Shown here: piece by piece, positions 51,471 through 61,440 of the stretch
Numbering within the stretch: position 1 is the stretch's first letter
Layout of the letters: each line of letters starts with the position of its first letter
Origin: Nocardioides sp.
GTDB lineage: Bacteria > Actinomycetota > Actinomycetes > Propionibacteriales > Nocardioidaceae
Reading direction: 5' to 3'
NCBI GenBank assembly: GCA_035554955.1
Contig: DATMHR010000025.1
Coordinates: forward strand, 5,663-69,662
Length of the DNA stretch: 64,000 nucleotides
Notes under the pieces: generated by a model
Told to the model about the DNA's origin: nothing
The model's database searches: none
Seen by the model: only the letters and a program-made list of their open reading frames with translations
Program-made: the position numbers and the translations under genes

Positions 51471-52622
51471 ATGAACGGCGGGTTCGCGAGTCGGCGCCGT
51501 GCCGACGAGTTCGACGCCCTGCTGTCCAGCACGGACGGCACGGGTCCCGTCGCCGACCCCCGCATGCGGGAGCTCCTCGAGGTCGTCGGCGCGCTGCGCG
51601 CCGTCCCCGAGGCCACCCCTCGCCCGGAGTTCGTCGCCGACCTGCGCACGCGGCTGGTCGCCGCGGCCGAGGCCCAGCCTGCCCGCGTCGTCGACGCGGC
51701 CACGGTCGCCCGGCTCACGCCGACCCAGCGCCGCGGACGCGGTGAGCGCCGCCTGGCCGCCGTGCTCGGCGGGTTCGCGGTCGTCGCCGCCACCGGCTCG
51801 ATGGCGATGGCGTCGCAGTCGGCCCTTCCCGGCGACGTCCTCTACCCCGTCAAGCGGGCGCTCGAGAACGCGCAGACCAACCTCCAGTCCGACGACGCCG
51901 GCAAGGCCCAGAGCCTGCTCGACCACGCCGCCGAGCGCCTCCAGGAGGTCCAGGCGCTCAACGCGCGGGGCGACGGTGACGCAGCGGAGATCGCCGCGAC
52001 GCTGCAGGACTTCACCGACCAGACCAACCAGGCGACCTCGCGGGCGCTGGCCGACTACGACGAGAGCGGCGACCAGGACTCGCTCCAAGAGGTCCGCGAC
52101 TTCGCCGGGCCCAGCATGGACCAGCTCTCCGCACTCGGCGACGACGTCCCCGACGGCGCCCGCCCGGCCCTGATCACCGCCGCGCAGACGGTGCAGCAGG
52201 CCGACAGCGTCGCGCAGCAGGCCTGCCCGACGTGCGAGGGTGAGCCGATCACCCAGCTCCCCGACTTCGCCTCGCTCACGCTGCCCGACATCCTGCTCGG
52301 CCGGAGCGAGCAGGTCAGCAACCCCGACGCCACGACGGCGCTGGAGCTGCCGCGGCACCACCGCAAGCACGCGCAGCCGGTCGACGAGCCGACCCAGACC
52401 GCAACCCAGGAGCCGACCGCGGACCCCACCGACGTGCTTCCCGGCGTGCCCACCGACACCAGCGTGCCGGACGTCTCGGACGGCCCGATCGAGAAGACGA
52501 TCAAGGGGCTGCTCGGCGGCGGCAAGGGCGGATCGGACGGCGGCACGACCGACAGCACCGACGGGTCGGTCGACAACCTGGTCGACGGTGTCACCGGGCT
52601 GGTCGGCGGCCTGCTGAACTGA
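51471..52622 (+). CDS. DUF5667 protein, RsbN-like anti-sigma factor
   Basis: RRRADEF, PRPEFVADLR, TM segment, ALPGDVLYPVKRALE. Confidence 0.8.
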   Translation: MNGGFASRRRADEFDALLSSTDGTGPVADPRMRELLEVVGALRAVPEATPRPEFVADLRTRLVAAAEAQPARVVDAATVARLTPTQRRGRGERRLAAVLGGFAVVAATGSMAMASQSALPGDVLYPVKRALENAQTNLQSDDAGKAQSLLDHAAERLQEVQALNARGDGDAAEIAATLQDFTDQTNQATSRALADYDESGDQDSLQEVRDFAGPSMDQLSALGDDVPDGARPALITAAQTVQQADSVAQQACPTCEGEPITQLPDFASLTLPDILLGRSEQVSNPDATTALELPRHHRKHAQPVDEPTQTATQEPTADPTDVLPGVPTDTSVPDVSDGPIEKTIKGLLGGGKGGSDGGTTDSTDGSVDNLVDGVTGLVGGLLN

Positions 52623-52629
52623 ACTGGCC

Positions 52630-52850
52630 GAGCGCGTCGTCGCTGCGCTCCGCCGCGCTGCCGGCCCGCAGTCGAGGTGATCTCGGGGCGAGGCTGCCTG
52701 GCGGCCAGACCGTCGGCACGCGGCAACGCCGATTCCTCGGCTCCGGTCGCTCGTTCCTCGCTCCCTGCGCCTCGTCGCTCGGCGTCCCCACGCTGGCCGA
52801 CGACGAATTCGCCGCGCCGGTCACTGCGCTGCGCTTGCGCGGTGGTGAGC
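52630..52850. repeat. Highly structured intergenic REP/MITE-like element
   Basis: Nested stems ACGCCGA...TCGGCGT around GCTCGTTCCTCGC (same loop as the nuoG element), flanked by GCTGCGC-capped hairpins. Confidence 0.55.
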
Positions 52851-52859
52851 CGCTGCCGG

Positions 52860-54053
52860 TCAGCGGAAGACGGACTCGCGCTGGCGCAGGAGGCTGAAGA
52901 GGGTCTGCTGGATGGTCTCGCGCACCTGGTCGGTGACGTTGAAGACCAGCATCGGGTCGTCGGCGGAGCCCTCGTCGTACTCGTCGGTGCGGATCGGCTC
53001 GCCGAACTCCAGGTACCACTTCGACGGGAGGGGGACCAGGCCCAGCGGGCCGAGCCACGGGAAGAGCGGCGTGATCGGGATGTAGGGCACGCCGAGCAGG
53101 CGGGCGAGGGAGGGGACGTTGCCGACCAGGGGGTAGATCTCCTCGGCGCCGACGACCGAGAGCGGGATGATCGGCACGCCGGTGCGCAGCGCGGCGGAGA
53201 CGAAGCCGCCACGACCGAACCGCTGCAGCTTGTAACGCTCGGAGAACGGCTTGCCGATGCCCTTGAAGCCCTCGGGCCAGACGCCCACGAGCTCGCCGCC
53301 GTTGAGCATCCGCTCGGCGTCCTCGTTGCAGGCCAGGGTCGCGCCGCCCTTGCGGGCGAGCGCGCCGACCAGCGGCAGGCGGAAGACCAGGTCGGCCCCC
53401 AGAGGCCGCAGGTAGCGGCCGGTGTGCTCGTGGATGGCCACCGTCGACATCAGGGTGTCGACCGGGATCGTGCCGGAGTGGTTGGAGACCACCAGGGCGC
53501 CGCCCTCGGCCGGGATGTTCTCCGCGCCGCGGACCTCGATCCGGAACCACTTCTCGGCGACCGGCCGCAGCGCCGCCATGAAGAAGCGGTCGGCGATCTC
53601 GGGGTCGAAGCCGTACTCGTCGACCTCGTACTCGCCGGTCAGCCGGCGCCGCAGGAACGCGATGAACCGGGCGAGCTGCGGCTCCCACTGGTCACCGAAG
53701 ACCTCGCGGCTCGCGTGCTGGAGCGCGGCCAGCCAGTCGCTGACCGGGATCCCGCCCGACGGCTCCCGCTCGGCCACCTCGAGGACGCCGTCGCCGTCGA
53801 GGAGCACGCCCGACCCGGCTCCCGCAGGGTCCGCTGCCGGCTGCTCCGGAGCCGGCTTCTCCGGGGCCGGGGGTTCGGCCGCGGCCGGCGCCTCCGGCTC
53901 CTGCTGCTCGCTGGGCTCGGGGTCGGCGGGCGTCGCCCCCTTGGAGCGGCCGCTCCGCGGGGCGAGGCCCCGCGCGGCCGAGGACGGCCGGGTGCCGGTG
54001 CCACGGCCGGGGCGGCCGCGCGTGCCGATCGGGATGATCTCGGCGTCACCCAT
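52860..54053 (-). CDS. Lysophospholipid acyltransferase family protein (Rv0502-like)
   Basis: VSNHSGTIPVD (HX4-5D), WPEG, VDEYGFD. Confidence 0.9.
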   Translation of the reverse strand: MGDAEIIPIGTRGRPGRGTGTRPSSAARGLAPRSGRSKGATPADPEPSEQQEPEAPAAAEPPAPEKPAPEQPAADPAGAGSGVLLDGDGVLEVAEREPSGGIPVSDWLAALQHASREVFGDQWEPQLARFIAFLRRRLTGEYEVDEYGFDPEIADRFFMAALRPVAEKWFRIEVRGAENIPAEGGALVVSNHSGTIPVDTLMSTVAIHEHTGRYLRPLGADLVFRLPLVGALARKGGATLACNEDAERMLNGGELVGVWPEGFKGIGKPFSERYKLQRFGRGGFVSAALRTGVPIIPLSVVGAEEIYPLVGNVPSLARLLGVPYIPITPLFPWLGPLGLVPLPSKWYLEFGEPIRTDEYDEGSADDPMLVFNVTDQVRETIQQTLFSLLRQRESVFR

Positions 54054-55122
54054 CGGAACCTCCTGCAACGGTGAGCCGGGGCGCAGGCGCGGCGAGTGCG
54101 CGCTCGGCCTCCGGATCGGGCAGACGCTCGGCGACGGCGGCGAGCACCCTCTCGGTGCGACCGCCGGTCGGGGCGAGCGTGCTCGCGAACTCCCCGAACG
54201 CCTCGGCGGTGGTGTACTGCGGCTCGAAGCCGAGCCTGCTGCGCATCCGCGTCGTGTCGACACCGCGCCCGAAGGTCAGGAACCGGACCAGCTCGGGCGA
54301 CAGGTCGGCGACGCGGGCCGAGCGGAGCGCGGAGCCGAGACCGCCGAAGGCGATCCCGGGAAGCGGCACGCCGGGCCGCTGGAGGCGTCGCAACGCCTGG
54401 GACAGCGGCATCACGCCGTCGCCGGCGACGTTGAACGTGCCGTGGACCGGCTGCAGCACCGCGTGTCGCAGGACCCGGTTGAGGTCGGACTCGTGCAGGA
54501 ACTGCAGGCGCGGGTCGAAGCCGAGCACGGTGGGGATCACCGGCAGCCGGAAGTACGACGTCAACGGGCTCACCACGCGGGGGCCGATGACGTTGGCGCA
54601 CCGGAGCAGGGTCACCGTGACGTCGGGGCGCCGCCGGGCGAAGCCGCGGACGTAGCCCTCGACCTCCGCGACGTCCTTCGCGTAGCCCGAGCGGGCCGGG
54701 CTGCGCGGCTCCATGTCCTCGGTGAACATGGCGGGGTCGCGGTTGCTGGCGCCGTAGAGCGTCGTCGTCGACTTCACGACGAGGTGCCGCACCCGGTCGG
54801 ACTTCTGGCAGGCCGCGAGCAGCTGCATCGTCCCGATGACGTTGAGCTCCTTCATCGTGCCCCGGGCACCCGCGGTGCCGGGGGTCGCGATGACGCTCAT
54901 GTGGACGACGGTGTCGACGTCCTCGCGGTCGATGACCTTGGCGATCACCGGGTTGCGGATGTCGGCGCGCACGAACGTGACGTCGCCGATGTCCCCGCGC
55001 GGCGGGATGGCGTCGATGCCGACGACGCGGTCGACGCCCGGGTCCGCGGCGAGCGTGCGCGCGAACGTCCGACCGAGGTCCCGTGAGACCCCGGTGACGA
55101 GGACCTTGCGGCCTGCTGCCAT
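54046..55122 (-). CDS. NAD-dependent epimerase/dehydratase (GalE2/Rv0501-like)
   Basis: VLVTGVSRDLG, NVIGTMQLLAAC, YAKD. Confidence 0.88.
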   Translation of the reverse strand: MAAGRKVLVTGVSRDLGRTFARTLAADPGVDRVVGIDAIPPRGDIGDVTFVRADIRNPVIAKVIDREDVDTVVHMSVIATPGTAGARGTMKELNVIGTMQLLAACQKSDRVRHLVVKSTTTLYGASNRDPAMFTEDMEPRSPARSGYAKDVAEVEGYVRGFARRRPDVTVTLLRCANVIGPRVVSPLTSYFRLPVIPTVLGFDPRLQFLHESDLNRVLRHAVLQPVHGTFNVAGDGVMPLSQALRRLQRPGVPLPGIAFGGLGSALRSARVADLSPELVRFLTFGRGVDTTRMRSRLGFEPQYTTAEAFGEFASTLAPTGGRTERVLAAVAERLPDPEAERALAAPAPRLTVAGGSDG

Positions 55123-55153
55123 CCCGTCGAGCCAGATCAGGTGGGGCAGTCGG

Positions 55154-55255
55154 TCACTTGCCGAGCTTGCGGCGCTGCACCCGCGTCTTCTTCAGAAGCT
55201 TGCGGTGCTTCTTCTTCGCCATGCGCTTGCGCCGCTTCTTGATGACAGAACCCAC
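55154..55255 (-). CDS. 30S ribosomal protein bS22 (33 aa)
   Basis: Translated by hand as [33 protein letters not shown]; absent from the ORF track. Confidence 0.93.
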   Translation of the reverse strand: MGSVIKKRRKRMAKKKHRKLLKKTRVQRRKLGK

Positions 55256-55419
55256 TACGAAACCTCTCAGCGCCGGACGTCCGGCTGTCGTACGTCGTCC
55301 CCGAGGGATTCGAGGCACCGGGACAGCCTATCCGGGTGGGTGAGGGGTCGGTGAATCCGTGTCAGCGGTGAGAGGAACGTCCCATCGGCGTGCGACCGTC
55401 CGGCGGCACGCCGAGCCGG

Positions 55420-55635
55420 TCAGCCGGCGTTGAAGAAGGACTTCCGGAGGTAGTCGTCGACGTCCTGCTCGGTCACCCGGAACGAGCGGCCGACGCGGAC
55501 GGCCGGCAGCTCGCCCGAGTGGACCAGCCGGTAGACCGTCATCTTCGAGACGCGCATCATGCTCGCGACCTCGGCGATGGTCAGGAACTTCGGGTCCGGA
55601 AGCGACTCGGTGCGCTCGCGGGGCGAGGGAGCCAT
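55420..55635 (-). CDS. Excisionase-like HTH DNA-binding protein (BdtA/Rv0500A-like)
   Basis: FLTIAEVASMMRVSKMTVYRLVHSGELPAVRVGRSFRV. Confidence 0.92.
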   Translation of the reverse strand: MAPSPRERTESLPDPKFLTIAEVASMMRVSKMTVYRLVHSGELPAVRVGRSFRVTEQDVDDYLRKSFFNAG

Positions 55636-55835
55636 GGCCAACCACACTTTCCGTGCGCCCGTCACCGCCTTCCCCAGCGGTGATCTGCGGGCGCCTGTGC
55701 GTGAGAATAGGGCCAGATGTGACCTGTGGGGAAGAGATTCACCACTGCAACTTCTGGGACCACGGCGTGTCGTCTTGACGATAGCCGTGCGCACGCGCGC
55801 GGGCGCGACTTCTTTCAAGGCGTACGACGCTGCGC

Positions 55836-57026
55836 CTACGGCAGCGGGTCGAGGCCGTGCAGGGGGAAGATCGCGGTCCGCGTGGTGTTGATGGCGCGGT
55901 CGAGCCAGTGGGCGGGGTCGTAGCCGTCCTCCCACCGCGAGTAGCCCACCGGGCGGTCGTCGCCCATGTGCAGCGGCGCCGTGCGGCCGTAGGCGGAGCG
56001 CACGTGCTCGCGCCAGTCGCCGGGCACCGCGGTGTCCGGGTCGAGCGGCCGCCCGCCCACGGCGGCGAGGAGGTGGGTCCAGGCGCGCGGGACCACGCTG
56101 GTGACGGCGTAGCCGCCGCCCCCGGTGGCCACCCAGCGGCCGCCCGCCACCTCGTGCGCCAGCCGGTGCAGGTCGAGGTAGACCTCGCGCTGGCCGTCGA
56201 CGCTGAGCATCAGGTGGGCCAGCGGGTCGTCGGCATGCGAGTCGCAGCCGTGCTGGGTGACGAGGACGTCGGGGCGGAACTCGCGCAGCAGCGGCGGCAC
56301 GACGGCGTGGAACGCACGCAGCCAGCCCGCGTCGCTGGTGCCGGGAGGGAGGGCGACGTTCACGGCGTACCCCTCCGCACCGGGCCCGCCGTGGTCGGCC
56401 GGGTAGCCGGTGCCCGGGAACAGGAACTGGCCCGTCTCGTGCAGGGAGATGGTGAGCACGCGGGGGTCGTCGTAGAAGATCTGCTCCACGCCGTCGCCGT
56501 GGTGCACGTCGACGTCGACGTACGCCACCCGCTCGGCGCCCTGCTCGAGCAGCCACCGGATGCCGACGGCGACGTCGTTGTAGATGCAGAAGCCGCTGGC
56601 CCGGTCCGGCATCGCGTGGTGGAGGCCGCCGGTGATGTTGGCGCAGTGGAGCGACTCCCCCGTCCACACCCGGCGGAAGGCCTCGTGGCTGGCGCCCACG
56701 ATGTGCGCGGCGGCGTGGTGCATGCCGCGGAACACCGGGTTGTCCTCGGTGCCGAGGCCCCGCCCCTCCTCGCCGGTGCCGGGTCGCGCGCTCATCCGCT
56801 GGACGGCCTCGATCAGCGCGGGCTCGTGCACCGTCGCGATCAGGTCGTCGGAGGCCATGGGGGCGGGGACCGTCGCCAGGCCGGTGCCGCCGACGACGCC
56901 GAGCTCGGTGGCGAGCCGCATGGTGAGGTCCACCCGCACCGGCGACATCGGGTGCTCGGGACCGAAGTCGTACTCGGTCAGGCTCGGATCGAAGACGACG
57001 GTCGCCGGTCCCGTGCAGTCGATCAC
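55836..57026 (-). CDS. acuC: AcuC-like Zn-dependent deacetylase (HDAC family)
   Basis: GGLHHA, SGFCIYND, DVDVHHGDG, GCDSHADDPL, GGGGY. Confidence 0.9.
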   Translation of the reverse strand: MIDCTGPATVVFDPSLTEYDFGPEHPMSPVRVDLTMRLATELGVVGGTGLATVPAPMASDDLIATVHEPALIEAVQRMSARPGTGEEGRGLGTEDNPVFRGMHHAAAHIVGASHEAFRRVWTGESLHCANITGGLHHAMPDRASGFCIYNDVAVGIRWLLEQGAERVAYVDVDVHHGDGVEQIFYDDPRVLTISLHETGQFLFPGTGYPADHGGPGAEGYAVNVALPPGTSDAGWLRAFHAVVPPLLREFRPDVLVTQHGCDSHADDPLAHLMLSVDGQREVYLDLHRLAHEVAGGRWVATGGGGYAVTSVVPRAWTHLLAAVGGRPLDPDTAVPGDWREHVRSAYGRTAPLHMGDDRPVGYSRWEDGYDPAHWLDRAINTTRTAIFPLHGLDPLP

Positions 57027-57072
57027 GCCGCTGACGCTACCGCTCGGCCCGGCGCGGCGCCGCGGGTGGCGC

Positions 57073-57585
57073 TCAGGCCACGCCGGGACCGCGTCGACGT
57101 ACCTCCTCGACGTGGGTGAGCGACTCGCGCAGCTCGGCCAGCCACTCGTCCGCGTGCTGCTGGACCAGCCGGACGCACCAGCCGAGCGCGTCGCTCCGGC
57201 TGCGGGCGACGCCGCCGGAGACCAGCAGGTCGAGGACCTGGCGCTCCGGCTGGCGCAGGCGCGTCATCACCGGCGCGGCGACGTGGGTGAACAGCGCGCG
57301 CGTCTCGTCGCACTCCACCCCCCAGGACACCTTCCGGTCGAACCGGTGCTCGGCCTCGCGCGCGACCGCCATGCGGTCCCCGCGGGTCCGCTCGCGGAAC
57401 TCGGCGATCCGGCCCTCGACGGTCGCGGCGCGCTCGGCCGGCGACGCGTCGGCGGCCACCTCCGGCGCCGGGATCCGGCCGATCACGGTGATCTCCTCGC
57501 GGTCGACGGCGACGTCGACCAGCTGCTCGAACAGCCCCTCGGGCACGCGGCCGGCGAACCAGCCGCGGATCTCGTCTGCACTCAT
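57073..57585 (-). CDS. Conserved actinobacterial hypothetical protein, possible RHH-like C-terminus
   Basis: MSADEIRGWFAGR..VDREEITVIG..PVMTRLRQPERQVLD..RSRSDAL. Confidence 0.8.
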   Translation of the reverse strand: MSADEIRGWFAGRVPEGLFEQLVDVAVDREEITVIGRIPAPEVAADASPAERAATVEGRIAEFRERTRGDRMAVAREAEHRFDRKVSWGVECDETRALFTHVAAPVMTRLRQPERQVLDLLVSGGVARSRSDALGWCVRLVQQHADEWLAELRESLTHVEEVRRRGPGVA

Positions 57586-57599
57586 GTAATCATGATTAC
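57586..57599. promoter_or_regulatory. Perfect 14-bp palindrome abutting the start codon
   Basis: GTAATCATGATTAC. Confidence 0.6.
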
Positions 57600-57675
57600 T
57601 CGCTTGCACGATTGACACAAGGGTGTCACCGTCCGCCCTGGTGGCGGGAGGCGCCGGCGTGGGAGGCTGCCGACC

Positions 57676-58062
57676 GTGCTGACTGCCGGCCTCGTGCTCG
57701 CCGCCCTCGCCGCGGCGCTCCACGGCTACATCTTCTTCCTCGAGTCCCTCGCCTGGACCCGGCCGGGCACGCGGGCCGTCTTCGGGACCACCGCGGAGCA
57801 GGCGGAGGCCACCCGCGAGCTCGCGTTCAACCAGGGGTTCTACAACCTCTTCCTCGGTGTGGTGACGGTCGTCGGCGTCGTCCTGACCGCCACCGGCGCG
57901 GACGAGGTCGGGCCGGCGCTGGTGCTCGCCGGCACCGGCTCGATGGTCGCGGCGGGCGCAGTGCTCCTGCTGTCGAGCCCGGACAAGGCCTCGGCCGCGC
58001 TCAAGCAGCTGGTGCCGCCGCTGCTCGCGGTGGTCGCGGTCGTCGTCGGCGTCGCCACCTGA
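57676..58062 (+). CDS. DUF1304 membrane protein
   Basis: LHGYIFFLES and FNQGFYNLFL. Confidence 0.85.
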   Translation: MLTAGLVLAALAAALHGYIFFLESLAWTRPGTRAVFGTTAEQAEATRELAFNQGFYNLFLGVVTVVGVVLTATGADEVGPALVLAGTGSMVAAGAVLLLSSPDKASAALKQLVPPLLAVVAVVVGVAT

Positions 58063-58094
58063 CCGGTGTCGGCGGTCGCTGGGAGACTGTGACC

Positions 58095-58781
58095 ATGGCG
58101 ATCCGGGGAGTGCTCTTCGACCTGGACGACACGCTGTTCGACCACCGCGGTGCCGCCGACCGGGGCGTGCGGACCTGGCTCGCCGGGCTCGGGCTCGACG
58201 GCGCCCTGGACGACCACGTCGAGCGGTGGTTCGCCCTGGAGGCGTTCCACTACGAGCGCTACCAGAGCCGCGAGATCTCCCACGTGGACCAGCGGCGGGC
58301 CCGGATCCGGGCGTTCCTCCCCGGCTGGGACCTGGCCGACGACGCGATCGCCGACGACACGTTCGCGGGCTACCTGGCCTGCTACCGCGCCGCCTGGTCG
58401 GCCTTCGCCGACGCCGCCGCCGCGATCGAGGCGGCACTCGGCGCGGGGCTGCCGGTCGGCATCCTGACCAACGGCGACCAGACCGTGCAGGAGGAGAAGG
58501 TGCGCCGCATCGGGCTGGCGCCCTACGGGGTCCCGGTCTTCGCGTCCTCCACGCTGCCCGCCGCCAAGCCGAAGCCCCGGGCGTTCGCCGCCGCGTGCGC
58601 GAGCCTCGGCGTCGACCCGCACGGCTGCGTCATGGTCGGCGACTCGCTGCACCACGACGTCCGCGGCGCCACGGCCGCGGGGATGACCGCCGTGCTCGTC
58701 GACCGCTACGGGCGCTACGACCGGCGGGCCGACGCGGCCGACGTACGCCGCGTGCGGTCGCTCGCCGAGCTCGCCTGGTAG
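58095..58781 (+). CDS. HAD family hydrolase
   Basis: FDLDDTL, LTNG, KPKP, VGDSLHHDV. Confidence 0.9.
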   Translation: MAIRGVLFDLDDTLFDHRGAADRGVRTWLAGLGLDGALDDHVERWFALEAFHYERYQSREISHVDQRRARIRAFLPGWDLADDAIADDTFAGYLACYRAAWSAFADAAAAIEAALGAGLPVGILTNGDQTVQEEKVRRIGLAPYGVPVFASSTLPAAKPKPRAFAAACASLGVDPHGCVMVGDSLHHDVRGATAAGMTAVLVDRYGRYDRRADAADVRRVRSLAELAW

Positions 58782-58789
58782 GGCGTCGG

Positions 58790-59593
58790 TCAGCCGCCCG
58801 CCGCGAGCTCGCGCGACCGGTCGCGGGCAGCCTCGAGCGCGGCCAGGAAGGCGGCGCGGACGCGGTGGATCTCCAGCTCGCGGAGCGCGGCCGCCGTGGT
58901 GCCTGCGGGCGAGGTCACCTGCTCGCGGAGCACCGCCGGGTGCTCCCCGGTCTCGCGGAGCATCGCCGCCGAGCCGACCACGGTCTGGATCGCCAGCTCG
59001 CTGGCGGTCGACCGCGGCAGCCCGAGGTGCACGCCCGCCTCGATCATCGACTCCACCACGAAGAACACGTACGCCGGCCCGGAGCCGCTGATGGCGGTGA
59101 CCGCGTCCTGCTGCTTCTCCGGCACGCGCACCACCTTGCCGACCGAGGCCATCAGGTCCTCGGCCTCGAGCAGGTGGGCCTCGTCGCAGTGCGAACCGGC
59201 CGAGATCGCCGACATGCCCTGGTCGACGAGCGCGGGGGTGTTGGGCATGACCCGGACGACCGCGACGCCGTCGGGCACGTGCGACTCGATGAAGTCGGTC
59301 GTGATGCCGGCGGCCAGCGAGACGAGCAGCTGACCGGGCCGCAGGACCGGCGCGATCTCGGCGAGCACGTCGGCCATGTCCTGCGGCTTGACCACCAGGG
59401 CGACGGTGTCGGCCTTGGTCGCGGCCTCGACGTTGGAGACGACCGCGACGCCGTAGCGCTCCTCCAGCTCGGTCGCCCGCTCCTCGCGCTTCTCGCCGAC
59501 CAGCAGCTGGTCGACGCGACGGCCGGCCCGGACCAGACCGGACAGCAGGGTCTCCCCCATCACACCGGCGCCGATCACGGCGGTCTGCTTCAT
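58790..59593 (-). CDS. proC: Pyrroline-5-carboxylate reductase
   Basis: IGAGVMG, RVMPNTP, SGSGPAY, VTSPAGTT. Confidence 0.96.
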   Translation of the reverse strand: MKQTAVIGAGVMGETLLSGLVRAGRRVDQLLVGEKREERATELEERYGVAVVSNVEAATKADTVALVVKPQDMADVLAEIAPVLRPGQLLVSLAAGITTDFIESHVPDGVAVVRVMPNTPALVDQGMSAISAGSHCDEAHLLEAEDLMASVGKVVRVPEKQQDAVTAISGSGPAYVFFVVESMIEAGVHLGLPRSTASELAIQTVVGSAAMLRETGEHPAVLREQVTSPAGTTAAALRELEIHRVRAAFLAALEAARDRSRELAAGG

Positions 59594-59730
59594 GGCGCTC
59601 CCCTCCTCGTCCGGTCCGGCCCACAGGATGACAGGTCGCCGACCGGAGGTCCTAGTACCACCGGCCAATGGCGGGCTGCACGTGTGCCGAAACACGATGG
59701 TCGCACCATCCCTCCACCAAGGAGCCTCCC

Positions 59731-60111
59731 ATGAAGAAGCTGACCTCCCGCCTCGCGATCTGCGGCCTGCTCGCTGCCGCTACGGCTCTCACGACGACCC
59801 CCGCGCACGCCGGCGACGAGGTCGTCAACCGCGGCTCGTGCACCGACGGCACCCACTGGAAGATGAAGGCGAAGCCGGACGACGGCAGGATCGAGGTCGA
59901 GGCCGAGATCGACAGCAACGTGACCGGGCAGACCTGGCGCTGGGTCCTCCGCCACGACGGCGACGTCTCCGCCCGCGGCACCTCGCAGACCCGCGGGGCG
60001 AGCGGTTCCTTCAGCGTGGCCCGGCGCACGGTCGACTCCCCGGGGACCGACCACTTCCGGTTCCGGGCGACGCACGCCGGCGAGGTCTGCGTCGCGCGGG
60101 TCAGCCTGTGA
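59731..60111 (+). CDS. Small secreted beta-rich protein
   Basis: AAGGAG RBS, signal peptide ending PAHA, two Cys. Confidence 0.75.
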   Translation: MKKLTSRLAICGLLAAATALTTTPAHAGDEVVNRGSCTDGTHWKMKAKPDDGRIEVEAEIDSNVTGQTWRWVLRHDGDVSARGTSQTRGASGSFSVARRTVDSPGTDHFRFRATHAGEVCVARVSL

Positions 60112-60144
60112 CGTGCGAGCGCCGCCACCGGCGGGCCGGATAGT

Positions 60145-61440
60145 TTGTCGCCCGTGCCCGGAGCCGGATGGCGACTGCTGCGGAGCCCGGTGACCCTGTT
60201 CCTCGTCGTCGGGCTCCTGGCGTTCGTCGCGATCGTGCTCGGCGCCCGGGTCCTGACCGCCCGCGCGGCGAACGACGAGGCGTTGTCCGACGCACAGCGC
60301 TTCACCGAGGTGCTGGCCCGGTCCGTCGCCCAGCCGGACATCCCGCGCGGGCTGGTGCGCGGCGAGCCCGGCGCGGTCGACCGGTTCGACCGCCTGGCCA
60401 CCGACCGCCTGCTGGTCGGGGACGTCCGGCGGGTCAAGATCTGGGCGGCCGACGGCACGATCGTCTACTCCGACGAGGTGCGACTGATCGGCGAGCGGTT
60501 CGACCTCGGCGCAGAGGAGCGGGAGATCCTCGACGCCGGCGGCACCGACGCCGAGGTGACGGACCTGGACAAGCCCGAGAACCGCTACGAGCAGCCCGGC
60601 GGCGGGCTGGTCGAGGTCTACACCAGGATCCGCTCGCCGGAGGGCGAGCCGCTCCTGTTCGAGGCCTACTACACCGTCGAGGGCATCGAGGCGCGGCAGG
60701 CTGCCGTGATCAGGCCCTTCCAGCGGATCACCCTCGGCGCGCTCGTCGTGCTCGTCTGCGTGGCGACCCTCCTGCTGTGGCTGCTCACCCGTCGGGAGGC
60801 ACGGGCGGCGGCGGAGCGGGAGCGGCTCCTGCTCAGCGCGGCCAGTGCCTCGGAGGCCGAGCGACGACGGATCGCGCGCGACCTCCACGACGGCGTGGTG
60901 CAGGACCTCGCCGGCACCGCGTTCACGCTCGCCGCGGTCGCCCGCGAGGCCGACGAGCCGGTGCGCAGCACCGTCGGGGCGGCGAGCGGGTCGCTGCGCG
61001 AGAACCTGCGGGCGCTGCGCTCACTGCTCGTGGAGATCCATCCGCCGGACCTCACGGCGGCGAACCTCCCGGCGGCGCTGGAGGACCTCTGCGCGCCCGC
61101 GGCGGCGCAGGCGGTCGACGCGACGGTGCGGGTGGCCGAGCTGGGTGAGGTCGGCGAGGACCGGGCCGGCCTGGTCTGGCGGGTCGCCCAGGAGCTCGTG
61201 CGCAACACGCTGCGACACGCCCGGGCACGGACGATGGACATCGACCTGCGGCGGGTCGACGGCGTCCTGGTCCTCGAGGTCGAGGACGACGGCGTCGGCT
61301 TCGACCCTGCCGCCGTGAGCACGACGGCGCACTACGGGCTGCGCGGCCTGCAGGCCCTGGTCCGGGACAGCGGCGGGACGCTCGTCATCGACGCGCGGCC
61401 CGGTGCCGGCACGCGGGTCAGGCTGGAGGTCCCGGCATGA
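60145..61440 (+). CDS. HisKA_3 sensor histidine kinase
   Basis: ERRRIARDLHDG, QELVRN, DDGVGF; two TM segments; start approximate. Confidence 0.9.
   Translation: MSPVPGAGWRLLRSPVTLFLVVGLLAFVAIVLGARVLTARAANDEALSDAQRFTEVLARSVAQPDIPRGLVRGEPGAVDRFDRLATDRLLVGDVRRVKIWAADGTIVYSDEVRLIGERFDLGAEEREILDAGGTDAEVTDLDKPENRYEQPGGGLVEVYTRIRSPEGEPLLFEAYYTVEGIEARQAAVIRPFQRITLGALVVLVCVATLLLWLLTRREARAAAERERLLLSAASASEAERRRIARDLHDGVVQDLAGTAFTLAAVAREADEPVRSTVGAASGSLRENLRALRSLLVEIHPPDLTAANLPAALEDLCAPAAAQAVDATVRVAELGEVGEDRAGLVWRVAQELVRNTLRHARARTMDIDLRRVDGVLVLEVEDDGVGFDPAAVSTTAHYGLRGLQALVRDSGGTLVIDARPGAGTRVRLEVPA

Noticed and set aside
55420-55635. Prophage excisionase
   Set aside because: No integrase or phage genes; it lies in the conserved chromosomal block with bS22
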